From: Actinomycetes bacterium
GTDB lineage: Bacteria; Actinomycetota; Coriobacteriia; WRKU01; WQUG01
DNA length: 39,026 nucleotides
Assembly (NCBI GenBank): GCA_009785855.1
Contig: WQUG01000093.1
Coordinates: forward strand, 1-39,026
Reading direction: 5' to 3'
The notes below the pieces were generated by a model. That model ran no database searches. It saw only the letters and a program-made list of their open reading frames with translations, and was not told where the DNA came from. Shown here piece by piece: positions 1 through 8,119 of the stretch (positions are counted from its first letter, which is position 1; each line of letters begins with the position of its first letter). The translations under genes were made by a program, and so were the position numbers.

Positions 1-172
1 GCAGTTTCTGATTGGCGGCCTCTTCCGGGGAAAGTTGCTCTTGGCCGGCGGGCGGTTTATCTGAACCTTGGGAGCCCAATGAGGCCACTGCTGCCACTCC
101 GCCCCCGACAAGTGCTGCGGCTACTAATGCTGCCGCCGCAACCTTCAGCATCAGAGCTGACCTTCGTGACAT
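1..172 (-). CDS. N-terminal part of a membrane-anchored or secreted protein; the gene continues past the left edge
   Basis: Hand translation of the minus strand shows a frame open from 280 to position 2. The ATG at 172 gives MSRRSALMLKVAAAALVAAALVGGGVAAVASLGSQGSDKPPAGQEQLSPEEAANQKL..., i.e. a basic SRR n-region followed by a ~23-aa hydrophobic helix. Alternative ATGs lie at 262 and 151. It is absent from the ORF track because it is truncated. Confidence 0.45.
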   Translation of the reverse strand, partial: MSRRSALMLKVAAAALVAAALVGGGVAAVASLGSQGSDKPPAGQEQLSPEEAANQKL

Positions 173-551
173 TCCTTTTTCTGAATTATTGTCCTTTGGA
201 TTATCTGGATTGTTATTACCTGTGTCATCTGGGACAACTGGGGCACCATTGGGTTCTTGCATGCAGCTATCACCCGTCTTTCATTCCGGGTGGCTGCCAG
301 TTCTTTATCCTCACACAAAAAAGGACAGCCACAATGACTGTCAAGTTCTACAGTTAAACATGTATATGCCAACTGATGTGGCTGCCCTTTTTCAGGCATA
401 TACACATCAGTCGAGGCAAAGCCTCTGGCTAACTGCAAAACTTGACAAAATTAGAATAACATAACGCAGCGACAGGTATCAGCACTGTGCCATAGAGCTG
501 TCATAGAAAGCGCCCGAAAACAGCTGCGAACCCGCTCCCAGGTGCTGTAGC

Positions 552-1562
552 CTACGTCGGCTCGATGCCGGGGCGCAGGTCCTCCTCGTTGTTGGACTCG
601 GTGACCACAAGCGGCGGTCCTTCCCCCACCTCGCCAAAGAACTCGAGCGGCGTCTTGTGACGCTCTGAGCGCCAGAGCGCGACCAGCTCAGAGATGAGCA
701 TCCCGCCAAGGATGCAGGCCGCGCCGATGACCTCGAAGAGCGGCGCGTGGCGCAGCCAGAGCCAGCCCGCCACACCCCCGAAGAACGACTCCGTGATCTC
801 GAGCAGGGCCACGCGGGCCGGCGGCAGACGCTTGAGCACCCAGGTCTCGATCATGAAGGCCAGCGCGGAGGCGAATATCGCACAGAAGATGATGGCCAGC
901 CAGATGGACGCACTCGGCGGAAGATGCCACTTCTCACCGCTTGCCACAGAGAGCACGCTGCAGGACAGCGCGACCACGAGCATCTGGATGAAGGTCAGAG
1001 CCACCGTGTCATGACCGTGCGCGGGACGCGCCAGCCAGAGGATGTGCGCCGCGTAGGTGAAGGTCGCGAGGAGCACCAGCGTGTCGCCGCGCACCCAGTT
1101 GATGCTTGCTGCCCCGAAGGTGATGCCCGACATGAAGTAGAGCCCGATCACCACCAGCACCGCACCGATCACGACGCCGATCGTCGGTCGCTTGCGATAG
1201 ATCAGCGCTGCGGCGATGGGCGTGATCACCACATACATCCCCGTGATGAAGGCCGAGCGGGCTGCCGTCGTGCCCCCCAGCGAGGCCGGCAGGAGGCTCA
1301 TCGTCTGCAGGATGTAGCCCGCCGCCAGTATCAGCCCGGCGACGATGCCGAAGATCAGATCCTCGCGCCGGATATGGCGGAAGAGCCGTGGCCTCATGAT
1401 GACCAGGAAGAGCGTAGCGAGTCCGAAGCGCAAGGCCAGGAACAGGTAGGGCGGATAGACGGTCAGTATCCGCTGGACCACCAGGAAGGTGGCGCCCCAG
1501 ACCAGCGTCACGAAGAGCATCGCCAGAGTCGGCGCGAGCTTATGATCGAGGGGCTTCGGCAT
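552..1562 (-). CDS. EamA/DMT-family integral membrane transporter
   Basis: ORF 552..1763 is trimmed to the ATG at 1562 (MPKPLDHKLAPTLAMLFVTLVWGATF...). The upstream 67 codons are Arg/Ser-rich and overlap rsfS. The protein has two halves of multiple hydrophobic helices, typical of EamA repeats. Confidence 0.8.
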   Translation of the reverse strand: MPKPLDHKLAPTLAMLFVTLVWGATFLVVQRILTVYPPYLFLALRFGLATLFLVIMRPRLFRHIRREDLIFGIVAGLILAAGYILQTMSLLPASLGGTTAARSAFITGMYVVITPIAAALIYRKRPTIGVVIGAVLVVIGLYFMSGITFGAASINWVRGDTLVLLATFTYAAHILWLARPAHGHDTVALTFIQMLVVALSCSVLSVASGEKWHLPPSASIWLAIIFCAIFASALAFMIETWVLKRLPPARVALLEITESFFGGVAGWLWLRHAPLFEVIGAACILGGMLISELVALWRSERHKTPLEFFGEVGEGPPLVVTESNNEEDLRPGIEPT

Positions 1563-1923
1563 CTTCTGCCCTGATCTGGCGCGCTTCACTCCAGAGCTTC
1601 TCGAGGCGATACTCGTCGCGCGCCTCCTGGAGAAAGACGTGGACGACCACATCCGTGAAGTCCAGCACGATCCAGCTGTCCGCGCGCTTTCCCTCGCGCG
1701 CGACCGGATGGATCTGGTGGATCGTGCGGACCTTCCGCTCGATCTCGTCGACGATGGCCTCAAGCTGGCGGTCGTTGGCGCCGGTCGCGATCACGAAGTA
1801 GTCCGTCAGCCCGATGAGCGGTTCCATGTACAGCGAGACGACATCAAGCGCCTTCTTGTCCAGGGCGGCTGCAAATATCGTCTTGACGAGCTCTTCTGAG
1901 CTGGGTCGTGGTCCGTCAGTCAT
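1540..1923 (-). CDS. rsfS: ribosome silencing factor RsfS (iojap family)
   Basis: 127 aa with DYFVIATGANDRQLEAIVDEI and WIVLDFTDVVVHVF, characteristic of RsfS. It sits downstream of nadD as in many bacteria. Its ATG overlaps the nadD stop (ATGA at 1920-1923). Confidence 0.95.
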   Translation of the reverse strand: MTDGPRPSSEELVKTIFAAALDKKALDVVSLYMEPLIGLTDYFVIATGANDRQLEAIVDEIERKVRTIHQIHPVAREGKRADSWIVLDFTDVVVHVFLQEARDEYRLEKLWSEARQIRAEDAEAPRS

Positions 1924-3320
1924 GTGTTCTCCAAGTCTTCCGGCATCGCGCCGGGGTCCATCTCGATGAGCAGCTTCGGGAGCTGGGCGCGCTCCTCTGG
2001 CCTCAGATCCTGCCCGATCTCGCCGCGCATCACCAGAGCGTTCCAGACACGGATCGTGTCGGGGTGCATGACCTTGCGCCGCCGCACGAGGTGGGCCATC
2101 GAGCGCTGGTAGGCCTGCATGAAGAGCGCGTCCAGATCGACCGTGCCGACCATCTCGCGCAGGTCTGCGATGTTGGGGCTGCGCCGCGTCGGCTCGATCA
2201 TGTCGGCGACGTAGAGCAGCTCATCAAGGGGCCCCATGTCCGGCACACCGACGGTGTGGCGCTCGATCGCCGTGATGATCTCGGGCGCCTCGCGCGCGAT
2301 CTCGGGAAAAGCCGCCGCGACCGCCGCAGCGCCGGTGTGCGCGTGCAGGATCGCGGGCGCGGCCAGGACCTCGGGCGTGATGTCGAAACCGAGGGCTCGC
2401 GCTTCCGCGATGAGTTCAGGCTTCGGCACGCAACGGTCCCAGTCGTGCAGGAGTCCGGCCAGATAGGCCCTGCTCTCATCGAGCCCGTAGACGAGCGCCA
2501 TCTGCGCGCAGCAGTCCGCGCAACCAAGGCTGTGACGCAGGCCGTAGTCGTCCTCGCGCGCCTCCAGTTGCTCGGTGATGCGCGCGACCAGCGCCTCGAA
2601 GGGGACGGTCCTGTCTATCCCATCCACTTGCTGCTCTGAAGGCAAGGGGGCTCGTTCGCGTACGCGAGCGACCCCCTTGCCATTCACTTGTGCGATAGTA
2701 TCGAGGGAGGGGACAGACAGGACCGTCCCCTTCCCATAGAGCCCACGGTCTTCGATCATGCGCAGCGTCGCGGGCGATATCATATCGCCCACCGGCTCCC
2801 CCGCCGCCAACTTCGCGCGCAGCTCGCTGGAGGAGACCTCGGGCACGTCGCCCTCGATGAAGGTGATGCGGAAACCGGCAGGCGCCGCCTGAGGCCTGGG
2901 CTCGCCGGCACGCAGGTTCACGATGAAGCTGAGGCGCCGGGCCAACTCCGCAGCGTCCTTCCACTGGGGCAGCTCGTCTGTCGTGTCGCTGCCGGCGATG
3001 AAGAAGAGCTCCGCGGCGGGATAGCGCTCGGCAAGCGCGTCGACGGTGTCGATGGTGTAGCTCACGTCCGAGCGCTCAAGTTCCAGGCGCGAGAGCTCGA
3101 AACCGGGATCGGCCGCATCAGCAAGGGTGGCCTCAAGCAGCGCCGCGCGCTGGACTGCTGTCGCGTGGGTCTCGCCGTCCTTGAAGGGAGGACGCGCCGC
3201 GACCACGAAGAGCACGCGATCGAGCCCTGCCGCCGCGCGCGCGGCGCGTGCCAGGTCGACATGACCGCGGTGCGGCGGGTCGAAGGTCCCTCCCAGGATG
3301 CCGATGCGCGAAGGCGGCAT
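1920..3320 (-). CDS. nadD: fusion protein: nicotinate-nucleotide adenylyltransferase (NadD) + HD-domain YqeK-like hydrolase
   Basis: The N-terminal ~195 aa carry GILGGTFDPPHRGH and SSSELR (NadD signatures). After a ~45-aa linker, the C-terminal half carries RHSLG...LAGLLHDWDR, LHAHTGA, IERHT and VADMIEPTRR (HD/YqeK pattern). It is one uninterrupted 466-aa ORF. Confidence 0.9.
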   Translation of the reverse strand: MPPSRIGILGGTFDPPHRGHVDLARAARAAAGLDRVLFVVAARPPFKDGETHATAVQRAALLEATLADAADPGFELSRLELERSDVSYTIDTVDALAERYPAAELFFIAGSDTTDELPQWKDAAELARRLSFIVNLRAGEPRPQAAPAGFRITFIEGDVPEVSSSELRAKLAAGEPVGDMISPATLRMIEDRGLYGKGTVLSVPSLDTIAQVNGKGVARVRERAPLPSEQQVDGIDRTVPFEALVARITEQLEAREDDYGLRHSLGCADCCAQMALVYGLDESRAYLAGLLHDWDRCVPKPELIAEARALGFDITPEVLAAPAILHAHTGAAAVAAAFPEIAREAPEIITAIERHTVGVPDMGPLDELLYVADMIEPTRRSPNIADLREMVGTVDLDALFMQAYQRSMAHLVRRRKVMHPDTIRVWNALVMRGEIGQDLRPEERAQLPKLLIEMDPGAMPEDLENT

Positions 3321-4621
3321 CAGCCGCGCACCTGACCCGTCCCGTTCAGTACGAACTTGCTCGAGGTCAGCGCGCGCAGGCCCATGGGGCCGCGTGCATG
3401 CAGCTTCTGCGTTGAGATCCCGATCTCTGCTCCCAGGCCGAACTCGCCCCCGTCCGTGAAGCGCGTCGAGGCGTTCACGTAGACGGCGGCCGCATCCACG
3501 CGTGCCTGGAAGTAGTCCGCAGCGGCCGTGTCCTCCGTGATGATCGCCTCAGAATGATGCGTCCCATAGCGGTTGATATGCGCTACCGCCTCACGGTAGT
3601 CGGCGACCACCTTGATGCTGATCGCCAGATCGAGGTACTCGGTGGCGAAGTCCTCAACGCTTGCATGCTCGAGATCGACCAGCACGCTGCCGTCGGCGCC
3701 TTCCCCGAGGGCGCGGGCGCAGACCGGATAGCTCTCGTCGTCAGCGACGATCCTGACCCCCCGGTCATGCAGCGCGCGCACGACCGGCGGAAGGACCTTC
3801 TGCAGAGCGTCGCGGTCGATCACCAGCGACTCGGCCGCGTTACAGACGCTTGGACGCTGACACTTCGCGTTGACGACGATGGCCTGCGCCATGTCAACGT
3901 CGGCCGTCTTCTCGATGTAGACGTGGCAGTTGCCCGTGCCGGTCTCGATGACCGGGACCTTGCTGTGCTCGACCACGCTTGCGATGAGTCCGGCGCCCCC
4001 GCGCGGGATGAGCACGTCGATGAGTCCGCGCGCCTCCATGAGCGCCGTCGAGGTCTCCCGCGTCGTCGCATCGATACCGCAGATGGAGTCGGCCGGAAGC
4101 CCGGTGCTCGCCACCGCGTCGCGCAGGACCGCGATGAGCGCCTCGTTGGAGTGCTGCGCAAGCGAGCCACCCCTGAGCAGGATCGCGTTGCCGGTCTTGA
4201 TCGCAATGCCCGCTGAGTCGACGGTCACGTTCGGACGGGCCTCATAGATCATCCCGACGACCCCCAGCGGCACCCGGATCTGCTTCATCTCGACGCCGCC
4301 GGAGATCGTGCGCGCATCCATGACCTCGCCTAAGACATCGGGGAACTCACGCAGCTGTCGCAGCGCGTCGGCGCAAGCCGCAAGGCGTCCCGGGTCCAGG
4401 ATCAGGCGATCGATGAGACCTTCGTTGGTGCCGGCCGCGCGCGCGGCCTCGACGTCACGGGCGTTGGCGGCAAGTATCTCAGGCTCATGGACGCCCAGCG
4501 CCTCTGCCATCGCCTCCAGGGCGGCGTTGCGCTGCGCTTCGGTTGAGACCCCGAGCTCTTCAGCCGCCCTGTGCGCCTTGCCTGCCCACTGCTCGACCGC
4601 CTGTGTTGGTGTTGTGCTCAT
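3320..4621 (-). CDS. proA: gamma-glutamyl phosphate reductase
   Basis: 433-aa aldehyde-dehydrogenase-like sequence (IYEARPNVTVD, GNAILLRGG, CNAAESL, ASTRFTDGGEFG). ATGA overlaps are present at both ends (proB stop and nadD start). Confidence 0.95.
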   Translation of the reverse strand: MSTTPTQAVEQWAGKAHRAAEELGVSTEAQRNAALEAMAEALGVHEPEILAANARDVEAARAAGTNEGLIDRLILDPGRLAACADALRQLREFPDVLGEVMDARTISGGVEMKQIRVPLGVVGMIYEARPNVTVDSAGIAIKTGNAILLRGGSLAQHSNEALIAVLRDAVASTGLPADSICGIDATTRETSTALMEARGLIDVLIPRGGAGLIASVVEHSKVPVIETGTGNCHVYIEKTADVDMAQAIVVNAKCQRPSVCNAAESLVIDRDALQKVLPPVVRALHDRGVRIVADDESYPVCARALGEGADGSVLVDLEHASVEDFATEYLDLAISIKVVADYREAVAHINRYGTHHSEAIITEDTAAADYFQARVDAAAVYVNASTRFTDGGEFGLGAEIGISTQKLHARGPMGLRALTSSKFVLNGTGQVRG

Positions 4622-5436
4622 TCGTCCTCCTTATGACTGAAGACCGTACCGGGAACCGATGCTCCCAGGCAGTCTCGAACGATGTTTCCCCGTCTGCCGT
4701 CGCAGATGACCGTCTCGATCCCGCAGTCCAGAAGCATCGCAGCCGCCTGGACCTTCGTGCGCATCCCCCCGCTGCCGATCGCGCTGCCGGACTCACCCTC
4801 GGGGGCTGCGGCCAGGAGCTCCTCGTCAACATGATCCAGGGACGCGATGCGCCGAGCCTGAGGGTCGCGGGCCGGGTTCGCGTCGTAGAGACCGTCGACA
4901 TCGGTCAGAAAGATCACGCGCTCGGCCGCGATCATCTTTCCCACCAGCGCAGCCAGCGTGTCGTTGTCGCCGTAGCGGATCTCATCGACCGCCGTCGCGT
5001 CGTTCTCGTTGACCAGCGGGAGTGCGCCCAGCTCCATCAGCCTCTCGAAGGCGTTGCGCGCGTTGGCGTAGCTCTTCTCATGTTCGAGATCATAGCGCGT
5101 CAGAAGTATCTGGCCGACGGGGATCCCGCGACGCCCGAACTCAGCCGCATAGGCGTCAAGAAGAGCCGCCTGGCCGATGCTTGCCGCCGCCTGCAGGCTG
5201 TCGATGTCGCTCGGACGCGTCTTCCAGCCCAGGATCTCGATGCCCGCAGCGATCGCTGCGCTCGTCACCAGGATGACCCGCACCTCGTCGTTCATCAGAT
5301 CCGCGATCTGATCGGCAAGACTCGCGATATAGCGGCGGTTCAGCGCGCCACGCTCGTCGGTCAGGGTGTTGCTGCCGACTTTGACCACGATGGTCCGTGG
5401 GTTGCGGCAGACGGCTGTCGCCATATCGTCAGGCAT
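4618..5436 (-). CDS. proB: glutamate 5-kinase (kinase domain only, no PUA domain)
   Basis: The ORF is trimmed to the ATG at 5436 (MPDDMATAVCRNPRTIVVKVGSNTLT...), which is preceded by GGAGA. It has amino-acid-kinase motifs (VVKVGS, VNENDAT, GDNDTLAA). It overlaps the obg stop by 8 nt. Confidence 0.9.
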   Translation of the reverse strand: MPDDMATAVCRNPRTIVVKVGSNTLTDERGALNRRYIASLADQIADLMNDEVRVILVTSAAIAAGIEILGWKTRPSDIDSLQAAASIGQAALLDAYAAEFGRRGIPVGQILLTRYDLEHEKSYANARNAFERLMELGALPLVNENDATAVDEIRYGDNDTLAALVGKMIAAERVIFLTDVDGLYDANPARDPQARRIASLDHVDEELLAAAPEGESGSAIGSGGMRTKVQAAAMLLDCGIETVICDGRRGNIVRDCLGASVPGTVFSHKEDE

Positions 5437-6769
5437 CGCTTCTGTCTCCTTCCGGGGCCAGCCCCGTGTCAAGTTCGAACTCACGTCCCAGTATCCGCAC
5501 CGTATCTCCATCCCGGGCGCCAGCGCCAAGCAATGCTTCCTCGACGCCCAGTTTGATGAGGCGACCCTGCAGATACACGATCGCCTCTTCATTGTCCCAC
5601 TCCGTCTGCAGCACCAGACGCTCGATACCCCGTCCTGTTACGGAATAGAGATGCTCGCCGAGCTTGCTGACGTGGTAGGCCGAGGGCGCCGAGCTGTCCG
5701 GGCGATAGATGAAGCGTTTCGGGGGGGCTTCGACCGAGGCGTGCTGCTGTCGCAGTTCGGCCACCTTCGTCGCAAGCGCACGTTCCAGAGAGCTGATCCC
5801 TGCACCGGTCACGGCAGATACCTCGAAGTAGTCGATCTCACGGCCAGAGGCGTAGTCGGCAAGCTGCGCAGAGCGCTCAGAAGCGCCCTCCACGTCGCTC
5901 TTGTTGCCGACGATGACGAAGGGCCGCTGTCCCAGCTCATCGGCATGGGCCAGAAGCTCGCCGCGGATCGTCTCGAACTCGACGACGGGGTCGCGCTCCT
6001 CAAAACCGCCGCTTAAGTCGACGACCTGGGCGATCAGCGCAGAGCGCTCGATATGGCGCAGGAAGGCATGCCCGAGGCCCTTGCCTTCATGGGCGCCCTC
6101 GATGAGCCCCGGGACATCGGCGACCACGAAACTCCCGCCTCCCGCGCGCACAACGCCCAGGTTGGGGACCAGGGTCGTGAAGGGATAGTCGGCGATCTTG
6201 GGACGAGCCGCCGACATCCGCGCGATGAGCGAACTCTTGCCGACGCTCGGCATGCCGACCAGCGCGACATCGGCCAGAAGCTTCAGCTCCAGGGTCAGCG
6301 CGCGTTCCTCACCCGGCTCCCCGAGCTGGGCGAAAGCGGGAGCGCGCCGCGTGCTGGTCACGAAGTGAGGGTTACCCAGGCCGCCATGGCCGCCCTCGGC
6401 CACACAGAGCTCGGCGCCCGGCTCGTCGAGGTCGCCGTAGAACTCGCCGGTCTGAAGATCGCGCACGACCGTGCCGACCGGTACGGGCAGGATCAGGTCG
6501 GCGCCGCGCGCTCCACTGAGCTTAGACCCCTTGCCATGGGCGCCCCGCTCGGCTGAGAAATGATGCTTGAAGCGATAGTCGATGAGCGAGGCCACCTGGG
6601 GCTCGGCGCGCAGGATGACGTCTCCGCCCTTGCCGCCGTCGCCGCCGTCAGGGCCGCCCTTGGGCACATGAGCCTCGCGACGAAACGACATGCAGCCAGC
6701 GCCCCCGTCACCGCTCTTGACGTAGACGCTCACCTGATCGAGGAACATATTACCCGAGGTATCGCTCAT
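5429..6769 (-). CDS. obg: GTPase Obg/CgtA
   Basis: It has an Obg-fold glycine-rich N-terminus (GGDGGKGGDV), GTPase motifs (GMPSVGKSS, DVPGLIEGA, NKSD) and a C-terminal OCT-like domain. The track ORF starts at a TTG (6787) inside the upstream hairpin, so I prefer the ATG at 6769 (MSDTSGNMFLDQV). ATG 6748 is also possible. Confidence 0.93.
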   Translation of the reverse strand: MSDTSGNMFLDQVSVYVKSGDGGAGCMSFRREAHVPKGGPDGGDGGKGGDVILRAEPQVASLIDYRFKHHFSAERGAHGKGSKLSGARGADLILPVPVGTVVRDLQTGEFYGDLDEPGAELCVAEGGHGGLGNPHFVTSTRRAPAFAQLGEPGEERALTLELKLLADVALVGMPSVGKSSLIARMSAARPKIADYPFTTLVPNLGVVRAGGGSFVVADVPGLIEGAHEGKGLGHAFLRHIERSALIAQVVDLSGGFEERDPVVEFETIRGELLAHADELGQRPFVIVGNKSDVEGASERSAQLADYASGREIDYFEVSAVTGAGISSLERALATKVAELRQQHASVEAPPKRFIYRPDSSAPSAYHVSKLGEHLYSVTGRGIERLVLQTEWDNEEAIVYLQGRLIKLGVEEALLGAGARDGDTVRILGREFELDTGLAPEGDRSDA

Positions 6770-6786
6770 CGCCCGCTTTCTTGACA

Positions 6787-6814
6787 AGAAAGCCCCTCAC
6801 AGGAGGGGCTTTCT
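6787..6814 (-). terminator. perfect 12-bp stem-loop between rpmA and obg (attenuator or partial terminator)
   Basis: agaaagcccctc (6787-6798), loop acag, gaggggctttct (6803-6814). On the minus strand the stem ends in CTTTCTT. It lies 40 nt downstream of the rpmA stop. Confidence 0.5.
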
Positions 6815-6853
6815 ACTCGTATCTTACTGACGCTGGTGCATCAAGCCCCGTCG

Positions 6854-7111
6854 CTATACCGTCTCCAGCGGTCGCACATGGACCAAACGCTTCTTGCCAC
6901 GCGTGAACTCGACGGTCCCGTCTGCAAGCGCGAACAGCGTGTCGTCGCCCCCGCGACCGACCAGGTTCCCCGGGTGGATATGCGTACCGCGCTGACGCAC
7001 GATGATCGTGCCGGTCGAGACCTGCTCTCCGGAGAAACGCTTCACCCCCAGGCGCTTCGCCTCAGAGTCGCGTCCGTTTCGGGTCGATCCCAGACCTTTT
7101 TTGTGTGCCAT
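6854..7111 (-). CDS. rpmA: 50S ribosomal protein L27
   Basis: [24 protein letters not shown]... is a near-canonical L27. There is no N-terminal pro-peptide. Confidence 0.97.
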   Translation of the reverse strand: MAHKKGLGSTRNGRDSEAKRLGVKRFSGEQVSTGTIIVRQRGTHIHPGNLVGRGGDDTLFALADGTVEFTRGKKRLVHVRPLETV

Positions 7112-7115
7112 AGCC

Positions 7116-7427
7116 CTACGCCTCGCTCAACTTCGTGATGCGCAGGCGGGTCAGGTTCTGACGATGCCCACGCGTACGTTTATACCCTTTGCGCTTCTTG
7201 AACTTGAAGATGACGACCTTCTTGTCCTTGAACTGATCGACGATCTCTGCGGTCGCGGTCGCGTGTCCGAGCTTCTTCGCATCGGTGACGACGGCCTTAT
7301 CACCCGCGATCATGACAAGCGGAAGTTCGACGACCGTACCGGCCTCGCCTTCGATCTTCTCGACCTCCAAGACGTCGCCCTCTTCTACCTTGTACTGTTT
7401 GCCGCCGGTGGCAACGATCGCATACAT
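7116..7427 (-). CDS. rplU: 50S ribosomal protein L21
   Basis: The ORF is trimmed to the ATG at 7427 ([18 protein letters not shown]...), which is preceded by GAAAGG. It has the canonical L21 N-terminus. Confidence 0.95.
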   Translation of the reverse strand: MYAIVATGGKQYKVEEGDVLEVEKIEGEAGTVVELPLVMIAGDKAVVTDAKKLGHATATAEIVDQFKDKKVVIFKFKKRKGYKRTRGHRQNLTRLRITKLSEA

Positions 7428-7561
7428 GTTGTGCCTTTCAGAATTAAGATTCGCAATCATCAATGTTAACAAATACGGCCCCGCAGCGTCAAACTTGCCA
7501 GCGTCGCCAGCGTTACGATACGCTGAATGCCTTGACTTGTCACCTGCTGAGAGGAGATCCG

Positions 7562-8119
7562 ATGAAGGAGCGCTGTGCCCTGATCATCGTTGATGTACAG
7601 AACGACTTCTGCGAGGGCGGCGCGCTCGCCGTCGACGGCGGCCGCCAGGTCGCGCGGCGCATCGACGAGCTGCTCCAGAAGTCCGTAGGTGACTACGCGC
7701 TGATCGTCGCCACCCGCGACTGGCATCCGGCCGAGACCTCGCACTTCGATACCTGGCCCTCTCACTGTGTCGCGGGAACTTTCGGGGCGGAGTTCGCCGA
7801 GCCGCTTGCCTCGACCTTCGAGAAGCGCGGTGTACCGATCGTCTCCAAGGGCGCCGAGCCGGACAGCGACAGCTACAGCGGGTTCTCGAACGAGGAGCTT
7901 GAAAGGCTTCTGCGCGCTGACGACCTTGACACCATCGAGGTCTGCGGGCTTGCCTTCGACTTCTGCGTCGGTCAGACGGCCCTGGACGCGAAGAGGCTCT
8001 TTCCGGATGCGCGGACCAGCGTACTGCGTGATCTGACGGCCTCTGTGGCGGCTGAGTCTGAAGCGGACATGGAACAGGAGCTCACCGCAGCCGGCGTGGC
8101 TATTGTTGCTTCCGTGTGA
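7562..8119 (+). CDS. pncA: nicotinamidase/pyrazinamidase (isochorismatase family)
   Basis: The ATG at 7562 is preceded by GAGAGGAG. The sequence begins MKERCALIIVDVQNDFCEGGALAV and also contains WPSHCV and GLAFDFCV (catalytic Cys region). Confidence 0.85.
   Translation: MKERCALIIVDVQNDFCEGGALAVDGGRQVARRIDELLQKSVGDYALIVATRDWHPAETSHFDTWPSHCVAGTFGAEFAEPLASTFEKRGVPIVSKGAEPDSDSYSGFSNEELERLLRADDLDTIEVCGLAFDFCVGQTALDAKRLFPDARTSVLRDLTASVAAESEADMEQELTAAGVAIVASV

Noticed and set aside
12-464. 150-aa plus-strand ORF at the left edge
   Set aside because: It crosses a 40%-GC, promoter-like stretch and its sequence is implausible. The minus strand gives a clean signal-anchor N-terminus that is open to the window edge, and I prefer that reading.
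1563-1763. N-terminal 67-codon extension of the EamA ORF. Similar extensions exist for proB (to 5592), rplU (to 7472), pncA (from 7463), divIVA (to 30351), proC (to 31259) and the LRR gene (to 24956).
   Set aside because: The extensions overlap the upstream genes, are Arg/Ser-rich or otherwise non-homologous, and lack an SD. Internal ATGs with good SD sequences give canonical family N-termini.
4618-5436. ProB lacks the C-terminal PUA domain
   Set aside because: Kinase-only ProB proteins of ~260-270 aa are well known in several lineages. The ORF ends in a clean ATGA junction with proA, so this is not a truncation.
6854-7472. Missing Prp (YsxB) protease gene between rplU and rpmA
   Set aside because: L27 here starts directly at MAHKKG with no cleavable pro-peptide, so no Prp is expected. 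This is normal outside Firmicutes.
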